64,000 bases of DNA from positions 11,470,001-11,534,000 of the forward strand of contig NC_045138.2 of NCBI RefSeq assembly GCF_008831285.2, in the 5' to 3' direction. The notes under the pieces were generated by a model. The model was not told the origin of the DNA. It ran no database searches and worked only from the letters and a program-made list of their open reading frames with translations. The position numbers and the translations under genes are program-made. Shown in pieces: positions 1-12,290 of this stretch; positions within the stretch are counted from its first letter, which is position 1, and every line of letters begins with the position of its first letter. This DNA comes from Nymphaea colorata. Its lineage: Eukaryota.

Positions 1-818
1 TTTTGAACTTGTAAATTTTAGAAAATTAAGAAGAATTTTTCAATGAAATTTTAACTAAAGATGATCTAGAAGTGACCCACATGACGGTCTAGTCAGACTG
101 ACCAAACTCATCCAAAACTCTGCAATCATACACAAGGGCAAAATAGTTATTCCCTTTTTTACCATATTCTTCTGCACAAACATATGCCATATATACCTTA
201 GTTTATCATTATCTTTGATGCTTAGATTTTTATCCCAAGTCAAATGCATGTACACTAGAGGTAAAATAGTCGTTTTTTTTCAATCTCATTTTTCTACATA
301 AACTGAGGTCATATTTTAGATACTCCTAGGTTTATCACATTCCTTGATTTTTAGAGCTTTAGGTTGAACCAAATCCATGATTTGAGCCTATTTAAATCCA
401 AGATCACAACCAAGAGTAAAAAAGTTATTTGCTATCCATATTTTTCACCTGAACCTAGATTTATATGTCATATATACCTACATTCATCAAGATTATCACT
501 GTTGATAGATTGTATGTTTCGGGTCCAGATTCATACCCGACCCGCCTTGTAGCCCGTTTTTGGGCACTACTTAAGTCATGTAACCCTAATCCTTATGAGT
601 TAATGATAATCTAAGGAGAGAGAGAGTCTGGCTGCTAGTGGGCACCAACTCCTCCTCATTCGTGGTTTTTTCTCCCTCGTGTTGAGGGTTTTTCCACGTT
701 ACATCGTGATCGTTGTTTCTCTTCCTCTTCTTGTTCGTATTTCTACATGGTATCAGAGCCGTGAAGTTCCGGCGTTACTGGTTTGTCTTTTGCCCGTGTT
801 GGAGGAGGATTCGCCCGA

Positions 819-1075
819 CACTATTCATCGTGGCACTGTTCATTGACTCGCCCAAGCACTGTTCATCGTCTCGCCCGGCACTGTTCATCGCCCGTGCCCG
901 ACGCTCGTGCCCGAGCTTCGCCCGTCGCACCAGCCGCCGCCTCCGCCCAGCGACGCCCTGATTAGTGCCGCTCAGGTTCCCGCCGCCTCCGCCTAGCGAC
1001 GACCGGCCCAGCGACGCCCTGATCAGCGCCGCTCAGGTTCCGGCCGCCTCCGCCCAGCGACGACCTGCCCAGCGG
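819..1075 (+). repeat. GC-rich short imperfect repeats in the E1 5' leader
   Basis: About 4 copies of CACTGTTCATCG (819-890) and 3 copies of GCCGCCTCCGCCCAGCGACG (936-1063). Confidence 0.7.
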
Positions 1076-1423
1076 CGTTCCTCTCTTCCGCTTTCTGTCA
1101 CCCGATGCATCGCCCAGCGCCGCCCGTTTTTCGGCGATCTAGCGCCGCTCTGCCTCTTCCTCCGCCTATTCCGGCGGTCTGTCTCCGCCTGGTCTGACGA
1201 CCCGCCCAGCGCCGCTCTCTCGTTTTTTTTCTGGCGCCGCCCTCTTGTTGTCTCTACTGCCGGTGAGGTTTCGGCGTTCTCCGTTTTTTGTCCGTTGCCT
1301 GCTCTCTGCCTATTTTTGTGTTGTATTGTGCTGCTGCTTCCTGCCTCCCTCGTTGTCGAGCCTTGCTCCCTGCTGCCCTTGCTGCCGACCGGACTTCACC
1401 CGTTGCTAGACTGGTCTGTGATT

Positions 1424-4400
1424 ATGGCAGCTTCTTCCTCGTCAACCGTCAACACAAATCAAACTGAAATCGGGGCTTTTAGAACTGAGAATGTTCCCAT
1501 GCAGGTCATCACTCTTCGCCTTACAAAGGAGAACTATTTCTCGTGGTCGCCTGCTATGACTATGGGGATTGCTGGCCGTGGTCAGATGGCCTATATCGAT
1601 GGGAGCAACCCCGAACCAGCAAGAACAAGTGATGTGTGGCATACTTGGTTTCTTGAGGATAATCAAGTGAAAACTTGGATTGTCAATTCCGTTTCCGCCG
1701 ATATTCAGCCCCTTATCCTTCGGAAGAAGACTGCTAGAGACATGTGGGTGGTCCTAGAGCAAATGTATGGCCAAAAGAAAACGGCAATTCGTACTTACCA
1801 AGTAATGTCTATGGCATTCGACAAGGGAACTCTTCTGTTGCAGAGTACTATGGGGCTTTGAAAGCCAAGTGGGAAGAGCTTGACTATCATTCTGATATTC
1901 CTTGGCATTGTCCCAATGATCAGGTACTTTATGTTGCTCATGAATGGGAAAACAGGGTGTTCCTCTTTTTAGCAGGTTTAAATGATGAATTTGAAGGTGT
2001 TAGAAGCCAGATTCTGAATTCAGGGGAGGTGTCTAGTATTGGAGATGTGTACTCCTGTGTTGAAGCAGAAGAACAGAGACGGCTTGTTACAAAGGAAGGG
2101 AAGAGGGAACTTGTACCCTATCACGAGAGATCCGCTCTCGTGAGTCGTGGTCCTGGCGGCCCGTCTAGATCCCTTCGCCGGTGCACTCACTGCAAGAAGA
2201 CAGGTCACACCGTGGATTATTGTTGGGATCTTCATCCAAAGAAGAAGGGAAACAAAGGGAGGTCTTCTATTGGGAGGACGCCTGTGTCTGAGGTGCAAGC
2301 ATCCAGTGGAGAAAAAGTCTCCATTTCTGCTGACCAACTTCGTGAACTAAGGGCTTATTTGGGCAGGATCGATGTCAACAAGATTGAGACCTCAGAGGAA
2401 ACTACAGCTAATCATGCTCTTGCAGTTATTGACAATCAAGGTAACTCTTCTGTGGGGGAATGGATTGTCGATAGTGGTGCTACTCATCACATGACAGGTA
2501 ATCCAAAATTGTTTCATGAGTATAAGTTGTCCTCGGGAAAGGAACGTGTTTCTCTTGCAGATGGTTCCTCTACCTGTGTGGCAGGCGAAGGCACTCTGTC
2601 CTTGTTGGACAAATTTCATGTGCAGGGCGCTTTACATGTTCCCCAGTTTCCTTTAAATCTCTTGTCAGTCAGTAGACTTACTAAAGAATTGAATTGTGAA
2701 CTTATATTCTCTGCCGATCGCTATGTTTTGCAGGACTTGGTGACAGGGAAGAGGATTGGGATTGGTTTAGCTTCTGATGGATTATATCGTCTTCCCATAC
2801 GTGTGGCTACTGCTCTGTTGATAGTGATCCGCAAGACAGATAAGAGAAGAGAAAATTGTCTTCAGTCTTTTATGTACTGGCATGAACGTTTTGGGCATTT
2901 ACCTTTTGGGATTTTGAAACATTTGTTTCCAGACTTGTGTTCCTCCTTTGATTTGTCTTCCATTTCTTGTGATGTTTGTCAGTTTACCAAACATGTGAGG
3001 GCTTCGTACCCTCTTTCTTCTAGTTGTGTTAATGAAGCTTTTTCCCTGATTCACTCTGATGTATGGGGACCTTCGGGAATTCATACTCGTCAAAGTTTCC
3101 AGTATTTTATCACTTTCATTGATGATTTCTCTCGTGCTACATTTGTGTACTTGTTAAAAGACCGCAGTGAGGTTCCTCGTATCGTCGAGACATTCATTCT
3201 TCTTGTGCATACCCAATATGGTGCGAATGTTAAAACTTTCAGGTCCGATAATGCCCGTGAATACATGTGTCAGCCTGTTGAGGAGTTTCTTAGACAACGG
3301 GGGATTGTTCATGAGACATCTTGTAGTTACACCCCCCCTCAAAATGAGGTAGCTGAAAGGAAAAATCGTCAACTTCTTAATGTCACCAGGGCTCTTTTGT
3401 TTCAGAGAAATCTTCCTAAACACTATTGGGGTGATGCAGTTCTTACTAGTGCCTATCTTATTAACCGCATGCCTAGTCGTGTTTTGAATGGTAGGACTCC
3501 CCACTCGTTGCTTCCTGGCAGTCGTCCACCATTTCCTCTTCCTCCTCGTGTTTTTGGTTGTGTATGTTTTATCCATGATCACAGTCCAAATGTCAAAAAA
3601 CTTGATCCTAGGTCTATCAAAGGTGTCTTTGTTGGATACTCTCCTACGCAAAAAGGATACAAATGTATTGATCCTATTACTAGTCGAGTTTATGTTACGA
3701 GAGATATTACCTTCTTGGAACATGCATCTTACTTTGGTGAGAATCCTCTTCAGGGGGAGCAGTCTATGGGCAGGGAAGAGTATTCTCAGAGACAGGAACT
3801 TCAGTTTATAGATTTTTTGGACTACAAGAAAGCAGAATCACTTACTACTGTTGATGTGCCTGAGAAGGAGGAAAGGTGTGACACTAGCATTGAGAAGGAA
3901 GGCCCTCAGTTGTTTGGACAGTTCTACTCTAGACGTGGTACTCGGACAGAGATGATGACATGTGATGCTAGATCTACTTCCAATCCCAATGCCACTCCTT
4001 CCCTGGATGAACCAAGTCCTACCGTGGAGACCATGGAGACTCATGATGAGGTTGAAAAGAAGAATGAAGATCTTCCCATTGCCATGAGAAAGGGTGTCAG
4101 GTCATGTACTCAACACCCCTTGGTAATTTTGTTTCTTATTCCAGACTTGAAAAAGATTACAAGTGTTTTGTTTCTACTCTTTCTTTGGCTGTGATTCCCA
4201 TGACTATTGCTGAAGCTCAAAGTGACTCCAAGTGGGCTGATGCAATGAAAGAAGAAATAGATGCCCTGAGAAGAAATTTGACATGAAAAGTGGTGAAGAT
4301 TCCTGAAGCCGCTCACTTAGTTGGATCCAAATGGGTGTATACCATCAAGTACAAACCAGATGGGAGTGTTGAAAGATATAAAGCTCGACTTGTGGCCAAG

Positions 4401-5741
4401 GGATTTAGCCAGAAATATGGAATTGATTACTTGGAAACCTTTGCTCCTGTTGCGAAAATGAAGACTGTGAGGGTGGTTATATCCCTAGCTGTGATGAAGG
4501 AGTGGAAGATGTATCAACTGGATGTTAAGAATGCATTCCTCAATGGTGACCTCAAAGAAGAAGTATATATGCATATGCCTCCAGGATATGAAGAACCAGA
4601 AAAATGTTGTAAGCTGAAAAAGGCCTTATATGGCCTTAAGCAATCGCCCAGAGCGTGGTTCGAACGACTGAGAAGAGTGATGATACGTCATGGATACAAA
4701 CAAGGAAATGGAGATCACACTCTATTTGTGAAGAAGAAGGAGAGCATGGTTACTCTCCTGCTAGTCTACGTTGATGACATGATTGTCATAGGAGATGATG
4801 AGGAGGAGATTATCAAGCTAAAAGAGTTACTGGCTACAGAATTCGATCTCAAAGATCTTGGCAAGCTAAGGTATTTTCTTGGTATGGAGGTTGCTAGGTC
4901 TAGTACTGGTCTTGTACTAAACCAAAAGAAATACACATTAGATCTGCTGGAAGAAACTGGTAAATTGGGATGTAGACCTACTCCTACCCCATTTGACACT
5001 GGGCACAAGTTGATTCTTAGAGATGGAGAGCCTCTCTGTGAAGAAGACAAGGGAAGATATCAACGTCTGGTTGGGAAGCTGATTTATCTTACCCTCACGA
5101 GACCTGATATCACCTTTGCGGTGAATGTTTTGAGCCAATTCATGCATGCACCAACTGATGCACATCTGAAGGCTGTGGACAGAGTGCTATGCTACCTGAA
5201 GAAAAATCCTGGCAAGGGAATCCTGTATGTGAAACAAGAGACTGTGGAAATCGATGGCTATTCTGATGCGGATTGGGCAGGTTGTGGTGATACCAGACGA
5301 TCTACTACAGGGTACTGTGTCTACTTGGGAGGAAACCTTGTTGTATGGAGGAGCAAGAGACAGGATGTTTGCTCTAGATCCAGTGCAGAGGCAGAATATA
5401 GGGCAGTTGCTATGGGAGTGTCAGAGTTACTATGGTTGAAGATATTGTTGACTGACATTGGAATAGAGATTGAAGGACCTATGAAGATGTACTGTGATAA
5501 CAAGTCTGCAATCAACTTAGCCAACAATCTTGTTCTTCACGACAGAACAAAACATGTTGAAATTGATCGTCACTTCATTCGGAAAAGAATTGATGCGAAA
5601 GAGTTGATCTTACCTTACATGAAGTCTGAAGACCAAACTGCTGATGTTCTAACGAAAGCTCTTCCTTCAGCTTCATTTGAGAGGAATGTATCCAAGTTGG
5701 GCATGTTTGATATGTATGCCCAACTTGAGGGGGAGTGTTGA
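1424..5741 (+). pseudogene. gag-pol polyprotein of E1, frameshifted
   Basis: ATG at 1424 (MAASSSST). Zn knuckle CTHCKKTGHTVDYC, protease WIVDSGATHHM, integrase HSDVWGP/RSDNA, RT YVDD, RNase H DADWAG/CDNKSA. Frameshifts near 1805 and 4120; TGA at 4284-4286 where Trp is expected. Confidence 0.93.
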
Positions 5742-8056
5742 TAGATTGTATGTTTCGGGTCTGGATCCATACCCGACCCGCCTTGTAGCCCGTTTTGGGC
5801 ACTACTTAAGTCATGTAACCCTAATCCTTATGAGTTAATGATAATCTAAGGAGAGAGAAAGTCTGGCTGCTAGTGGGCACCAACTCCTCCTCATTCGTGG
5901 TTTTTTCTCCCTCGTGTTGAGGGTTTTTCCACGTTACATCGTGATCGTTGTTTCTCTTCCTCTTCTTGTTCGTATTTCTATAATCACTTTCAAATCTCTA
6001 GTGCTCTTTGAAATCTCATTTTCATTTTAAATACATAAAAAGTGATCCAGATCTATAACCAAGGGCAAAAATAGACATTTCTTTTTGAATCTCTTACCCA
6101 TGCCCCAGGGCAAAACACTATTTCATCTTCTATCACATATGAGATGCATTTTCTATAACATTTTCTAGACTCAGATATGTTTTCTACAATTTTCTTTAGA
6201 TTTGGATCATGATCTAAATAACAAAACCATGTCCCAATTCAAAGTCCAAACGCATAAGTGTGCATATAGAGAAAAATGTTGTGCTTGATTCATTCATTAT
6301 GCCAGATGTCAATCCTGTATAAATGCCCATGATTGCAAAAATTTGTAGTGAGCATGTTGGTTTAGATGCAATCACAATCTATGTTTATGTGACTCCAATG
6401 CAAACATTTTTTTTTTATTTCAAGAACTCGTAGAATGCAAGATTTTAAAGCTTTAACCAATGATTTGTTTGGGAGGAGGACCTCTCCAAAGTTTAGTCTT
6501 GTATCTAAAGTTGAAGAGAAATCTCCCACCACCCCTTGGCCATTACGTATACCCCATGAGGGTGGGAGTTTCTAAACACACAAAAATTCCAAGATATGCT
6601 AGCACAAAAGTTGGGAAATTTCAAGCAAATGCTTTTAGAAATCTATACATTGGTGAAAAATGCTTTCTGACCTAAAACTTTTGTCTGTTTAGGTCCTAGT
6701 CTAAGTTAGGTTTTTGGTGGTGTTCCCCTTAGAGTCAAGCCAGACTTCCAATGCCTAGTCTATGGGAACAGGTAGTGCTCTACAGAGGGGTGCAGGTCAG
6801 GAGATCATCATTTCAAGTAATTCCTTGTTTTTCTTTCTTTCTTTTATTATTTGCAATTTAGTTCTCTCTTTTCTTAGTTTTTTATAAGTATGCTTAGTTT
6901 TTTTTTTCTGCTTTTGCATGCTTACTTTAGTTTATTTTTACTTTAGTTATTAGATTTGTTTAAAGCATTCTTTAGTATAGTGTAATTTCTTTCTCCATGC
7001 TTAGCTTAGTGTATTTCTGCTTGAGCTTTTATATTTGTTTAAAGAATACCTTAGTTTAGTTTAATTCCTCTTTGCATGTTTACAATAGTTTATTTCAGTG
7101 TTTTTTTCGGTTAGATTTTAAATTCTTGCAAGTTAGGTAGGCATGAAGATCACTATGTCTCCTTATTCCCTTTTCTCTTTGCTTGATTATAAGTTTAATT
7201 CAAATTTCATTTTCAAGCTCTATACATGCATTGATCATATAGTTTCTCATTTTAGTTAAATCATGTATTGTTTAGATTCAGGATCACACATATTTGATTT
7301 TAAAACTATGAACATGCACATATCAGTTAGAAAGTGTTAAGAATTATGATAGTAATGTGCTTTTGATGGTAGTTTGGGCATATAAAACCCTAATTCAAGT
7401 GAAATTTTAATTGAACACAAAAATCATAGAGTAGATGATTTTCTAAAACTGAACCCCTTTTTCAAAAAAGTTCTCCAAAACCCATAGGTCCACACATGAT
7501 TAAGACTTACCCTAGAACCCACCCATGTTTTAAGTCTTCTGGCGCCTAGCTGAGACTGGCTCAAGAACCCACTATGTGGAATCAAAATTTTAGACTTAAT
7601 TCCCCAAGCCAACCCTGGTTAAGTTTCTGTTAATGCCTAAAACTAAGACTTGACATTGAGTCTACTGCCATAAACCAAACATTGGCTTAGAATAAAACCC
7701 AGTCATGTTAATTTCACCATGACTTAGACCTTAGTCAAGTTAACTTTATCTTGACCAACCTAAAACCATAATCTGGTTAGCTCATTCTAAAGCCCTAAGG
7801 TCTAGCAAACTATAAATCTAAATTCAAATCAGAATTGTGTGCAATAGATTTTAGATCTCAGAAAAAGTTGATATTAGATTTTAAAATTTGGGGGTTGGAT
7901 CTTGTTAAAATTGGATTGGATCCTAACTAAAATATTGAAACTAGACAAAGTCTATGATTTGGAACTTGACAATGACATTGGTTAATATAACTTTGATCTC
8001 AATTCTAATAGTTTCAAATTTAGATAATAGAACCTTTAGATTTCAAATCCAAACGA

Positions 8057-8155
8057 TGAATATTTGAATCTTTAATAAGAAATATTTGGATCTTAAGTAT
8101 GGATTTGAATATTTGAATCTTTAATAAGAAATATTTGGATCTTAAGTATGGATTT
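8057..8155. repeat. 49-bp perfect tandem duplication
   Basis: TGAATATTTGAATCTTTAATAAGAAATATTTGGATCTTAAGTATGGATT occurs twice, starting at 8057 and 8106. Confidence 0.9.
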
Positions 8156-8859
8156 ATAACTATGGGTCAAGCTAGTAACATGTGCAGTAGCATGTTTCTT
8201 GATAAAGATTGTGATATAGTCCCCAACACACATATGACCCAACCAGTCGACTTTGAAATTCAATTTGACAACAATCAATCATTCACTCAAATTTTGAATG
8301 ATGAATCTCCTTTACCATCACCCACACCTCAGAGACAACAACCACATGATTCGTGCACATCAAATGGTAGAAACAACCAGTTGTCCTCCAAAAAACCAAT
8401 AAATTATGTAGTCTATAAAGACTATTCTAATGTGTTGCACAACACTACTGAGAATGTCCAAAATTGGTGTCAAGCAGCTAGATGTATTCAATATGACAAG
8501 GTTGCTGACATACTTCATGGGCTGTGTGTATCTAGAAAGATATAGTGAATCATTTATGAATCAAACAATAATCATGTGTGCTATACATATGAATGTGTTC
8601 CTTTTCATTTTAAGATACATATGTCATGCTTTTTCTGTATGGTCTTGTTATCATTATTCACTAGTTTGCATTGAATGTGTTTATTTCATAGTTGTTAGTG
8701 GAATGCCAATTGTCTTACTATATTACAATTGCATGTGAATGCCATTAACTTTTGTATCATGTAGTGTCCTAGCCATGTCTACAAAGGAGTGAAAGGAGGA
8801 AAAAATAATTATTCAAATGATAAAATGTATCAGTTTTTCTTGTAAAACAACTACAATGA

Positions 8860-9420
8860 CATAAGCAAATTGTGTATCCATATAGATACACTGGATCTAA
8901 ATTTGTTAATCACACCATCAATAGTCATCCAAGGAATTATTTGGACTACTACGGATGGACCAATGAACATTTGTCAAATTATGTGGTGCCTTGAAACAAT
9001 GACATTTATTGGATGATTCTCGTGACATAAATGTAGAAGAACAAATAACCATGTTTATTTTAACCATTGAACATAATGAGCATAACCATGTATTTCAAAA
9101 TACATTTCAACATTTATGGTAAATGATTAGCAAGTATGCTAGATGTGTCTTCCATGCAATTCGTCGATTGGGAAAAGAATACATTTAACGGCTAAACAAA
9201 GACATTCCACAACAAATTCGAGGCACTAATAGTTTTTATCCATACTTTCATTGAACATACATTTGTCAACAATTTATAATTGCTATATGTTGCACATCTC
9301 GTTTCTTTCAAATACACATAGAACTGTTTAGATGCAATTGATGACACACATATACTAATGTGGGTACCATCAACAGAGAAAACATGATATCAAGATAGAA
9401 ATCGATTTCTTTCATAGACT
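8860..9420. pseudogene. Possible highly decayed DNA-transposon coding fragments (Ulp1-like and DDE-like)
   Basis: The + strand near 8980-9025 reads YVVP*NNDIYWMILV, resembling Ulp1/C48 'VPxNxxxHWxL'. The - strand near 9345-9385 reads HVFSVDGTHISI, resembling the MULE/PIF 'DGTH' motif. Both are short and interrupted by stops. Confidence 0.25.
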
Positions 9421-11994
9421 GTAATGGGTGTAGTTGGATTTGACATGTAATTCCACTATATACTGACTTAATGAGAATAAAGTACAAGTGATTCAATGCT
9501 ACTGTATAGGGCACTTGATCACTCGACAGAACCCTTCGTCATACTTAGAGGTGAAATAAATTTGTTTTTGCATGACTATTTATTATGTACATAAAACTGC
9601 ATTTTAACAATCACATGTATTGATAATGTATTTATATTATGTGGAAAAATATTATCTTACCTGTGGTGGTTGTCGAAATATTTTCAGCCTATTATCTCCT
9701 TACGTCTTCGTTATCATGTACATGAATTTAACCTACTATGGGTTCCATAGTATTAACTCCAAAGGAACTACTTAATCATCAACATTCATGCTTTTCATGT
9801 TAACTGAAAGCATGTTTGTAATGTTGAAAGGATGTTTCCCTTTAAAATGTCAAGCATAATATCCATCCGTAAACAAGTTAAGATTGTACTAGCGACTTGT
9901 ATCATGTTAGAACACAATCCTAATGATGAGCATTTTGATGTTGATGAGGGTCCATCACATGAGATGACATCATTGAAGTTGTAATGCAAACAACTCAATA
10001 AGGATGGAATAATGAGTTGCACACATCTATGACAATTCAAATGTGCAATGGTTATAAAAATAGTAAGTGTATTCCATTGACTACTTAATATATTGTTATG
10101 TGTAGGTTGCATTGTATTGTGTTGACTCTACTTGCAAAATTATTTTTCATTATCATGGTATGGACCCCCATTCTTTTTTTGTAGGGTGTGGAAGATGAAG
10201 GCCCAATAAAAGTCATATATTGTGTTTGAAGGCAGGTCACTGAGTGTTTACCATATTGGGAGCATTGTTGCAAGTACATACCATTATAAGGGTTCAATCT
10301 ACAAGTTTTTCCCTGCTTTTGAGGCAGCAGACACAATTGAAAGTTAGCTTAAACAAGAAGAAGAATGAAGAGAAGAGTGAATTGCAGAAGAACTTCAAAC
10401 AAAAAATAGTCCAAACTGTGTTTATGGTTATGTTGTAGTCCATTTGCCTTTTTTTTTCCATCTTTGACTCAGCTTGTACATGATGAACTACTTATTTGCT
10501 GAACTGTACTGAGTTGTTGCACTGTTTTCTTTTGTGGAAACTGAATTACAGTCTCACTTTCATCCACTATGAGTACCATTGACTTTATTTGGAGTAGAAC
10601 TCTTTAAATATGGTTGGCCTATACATGGTGCGGCTGGTTACTCTTTAATCCATACATATTGTCTGATTTTATATTTGCTTGATATCTTTTCAGTTTGAAG
10701 TTGAATTCTATTTTCATGCCTTACTTTCATGACTGTTTTCTATTTTTTCTCTATGTCCATATGTCAACCAGTTTTGCATACATATTGGTTCGTGTTTGAA
10801 TCTCGTCAGCAGGTATCATACATATTTATTTCTATTCTGAGGCTTTAATCTTCATGCCAAATTCTAGCCTCTTATATCCGATAGCCTTCTTCATTCCAGT
10901 TATTCAAGTGTGGCATTTTCCGTACACCCATTTTTTTTTGTTCAACTATTGTTTCCCTTCACTTTCCACTCGATTCCTCTTATTCTTTTTTTTTAATATT
11001 ATGGCCTATTCCATGAATTAAATATCATTGTTCTAATTGAATTAGATAATTAGTGCCAAGTGTGTTTTATACAAGCCACACCTTTACGCAACAGTTTTCA
11101 ACAAGCTTTCGTTTTTAAAATTTTGGTCTCTAACATCTTTTTTAACGGTCCATATCTTTTATAATTTTCAACAATCACTGGATAGAAATCTCCCACATTG
11201 AAATAAAGATAATCACACATGACTTGTCTCTGGAATGGGGATGTAAATCCCTCACCCTGAATGTCAAGATTTTAATCCTAATGCTGCTGAAAGAGTGTTT
11301 GATGGTTGTGGAAAAATTCCATGATTTTTAGGAAAAAAGTGCATGCATCGAAACCAGCCCCCAGGAGGGAGTTGGAGAACTTTTTTAGAGAAAAAGGGAA
11401 GAAAAAATGGATGAGAAAAAAAAAAGATTATGGATGAAGGAAAATCCCTGGAACTCGTAAAGGCAAGAGACACAAATAAAAGAAAGAAAAAGAAAAAAAA
11501 GTAAAAAGAAGCAATCAACGCTAGGGACCGACCGGGTTAGGAACTTTTTACGAAGAGGGCTCAATTAAGGTTTTAAAATTTTGACCGACACTAAAATATC
11601 ATTTTTTAAAATTTTATATGAAACAAATGATTTTTAATTTATATATAACTTAAAAAGAAATTTTGAAGAAGGGTGTCAGGGTCATGCCTCCCTAATATTT
11701 TAGAAAATGAAATTTATGCACATATTTTTGAAAATTTTAATTTAATATTCAGGACATGTAGAAGTTCGGGGTCCACCCCTGCCATCGGAGTGAACGTTCG
11801 ACCATCGATCATTGAATCCGCCGCCGACGTCGGGGAGACGGGCATCCAACCGCCATTCGAATGCGTTTTGGGCAGATGTGTGCATGAGTGGCCATGCAGC
11901 CTCATGCATAGGACCCACATAGATGAGGTAGGAAGAGAAAGACGAGGTCACCCAACGTTCGTTCAAAAACAGAAGAGGGGATAACGAAGCTCAC

Positions 11995-12033
11995 CTGCTG
12001 CTGCTGCTGCTGCTGCTGCCGCTGCCGCTGCCG
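11995..12033 (+). repeat. (CTG/CCG)n trinucleotide repeat in the probable 5' UTR of TypA
   Basis: CTGCTG...CCGCTGCCG ends about 40 nt upstream of the ATG at 12074. Confidence 0.85.
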
Positions 12034-12073
12034 ATTCCTCTCTCTTGTTCCCATCTTCATTGGGGGAGAGAGA

Positions 12074-12290
12074 ATGGCGCTGTTTATGGGGATTTATAGC
12101 CCTCCTCTTCCCTTCCCCATGCAGCAGCCGACTTCCAGGGTTCCATCCCTGCATTCGGGCGCCACTCAGCTTCCATGTTTCAGCACGACACTTTCTTCTC
12201 CAGTCATGATGCCCCCGATCCAATTTACGAACCGGCACAGGCGTTCCGCGATCCTTCATTGTTCCGCTTCATCAGTTGAGACCGCCACTG
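12074..12290 (+). CDS. TYPA: TypA exon 1 (putative chloroplast transit peptide)
   Basis: [14 protein letters not shown]...[12 protein letters not shown] donor at 12291, phase 1, matching exon 2. The start Met is uncertain because several Met codons are present. Confidence 0.8.

Larger units (their letters stand above)
500..5982 (+). mobile_element. Ty1/copia LTR retrotransposon, full-length but disabled (element E1)
   Basis: 5' LTR 500-747 (TG...CA) and 3' LTR 5736-5982 (TG...TA) differ by 5 substitutions and 1 indel. TSD ATCAC at 495-499 and 5983-5987. PBS TGGTATCAGAGC (tRNAiMet type) at 748-759, PPT GAGGGGGAG at 5727-5735. Domain order gag-PR-IN-RT-RH is copia-type. Confidence 0.97.

Noticed and set aside
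713..1423. Pro/Arg/Ala-rich ORFs at 713-1423, and similar ones at 43932-44593
   Set aside because: They are read-through of GC-rich retrotransposon leaders; the gag starts are at 1424 and 43827.
5988..8050. Sequence flanking E1 (also 1-494 and 57100-58200) resembling decayed large LTR-element DNA
   Set aside because: No termini, TSD, PBS or coding motif that I could define.
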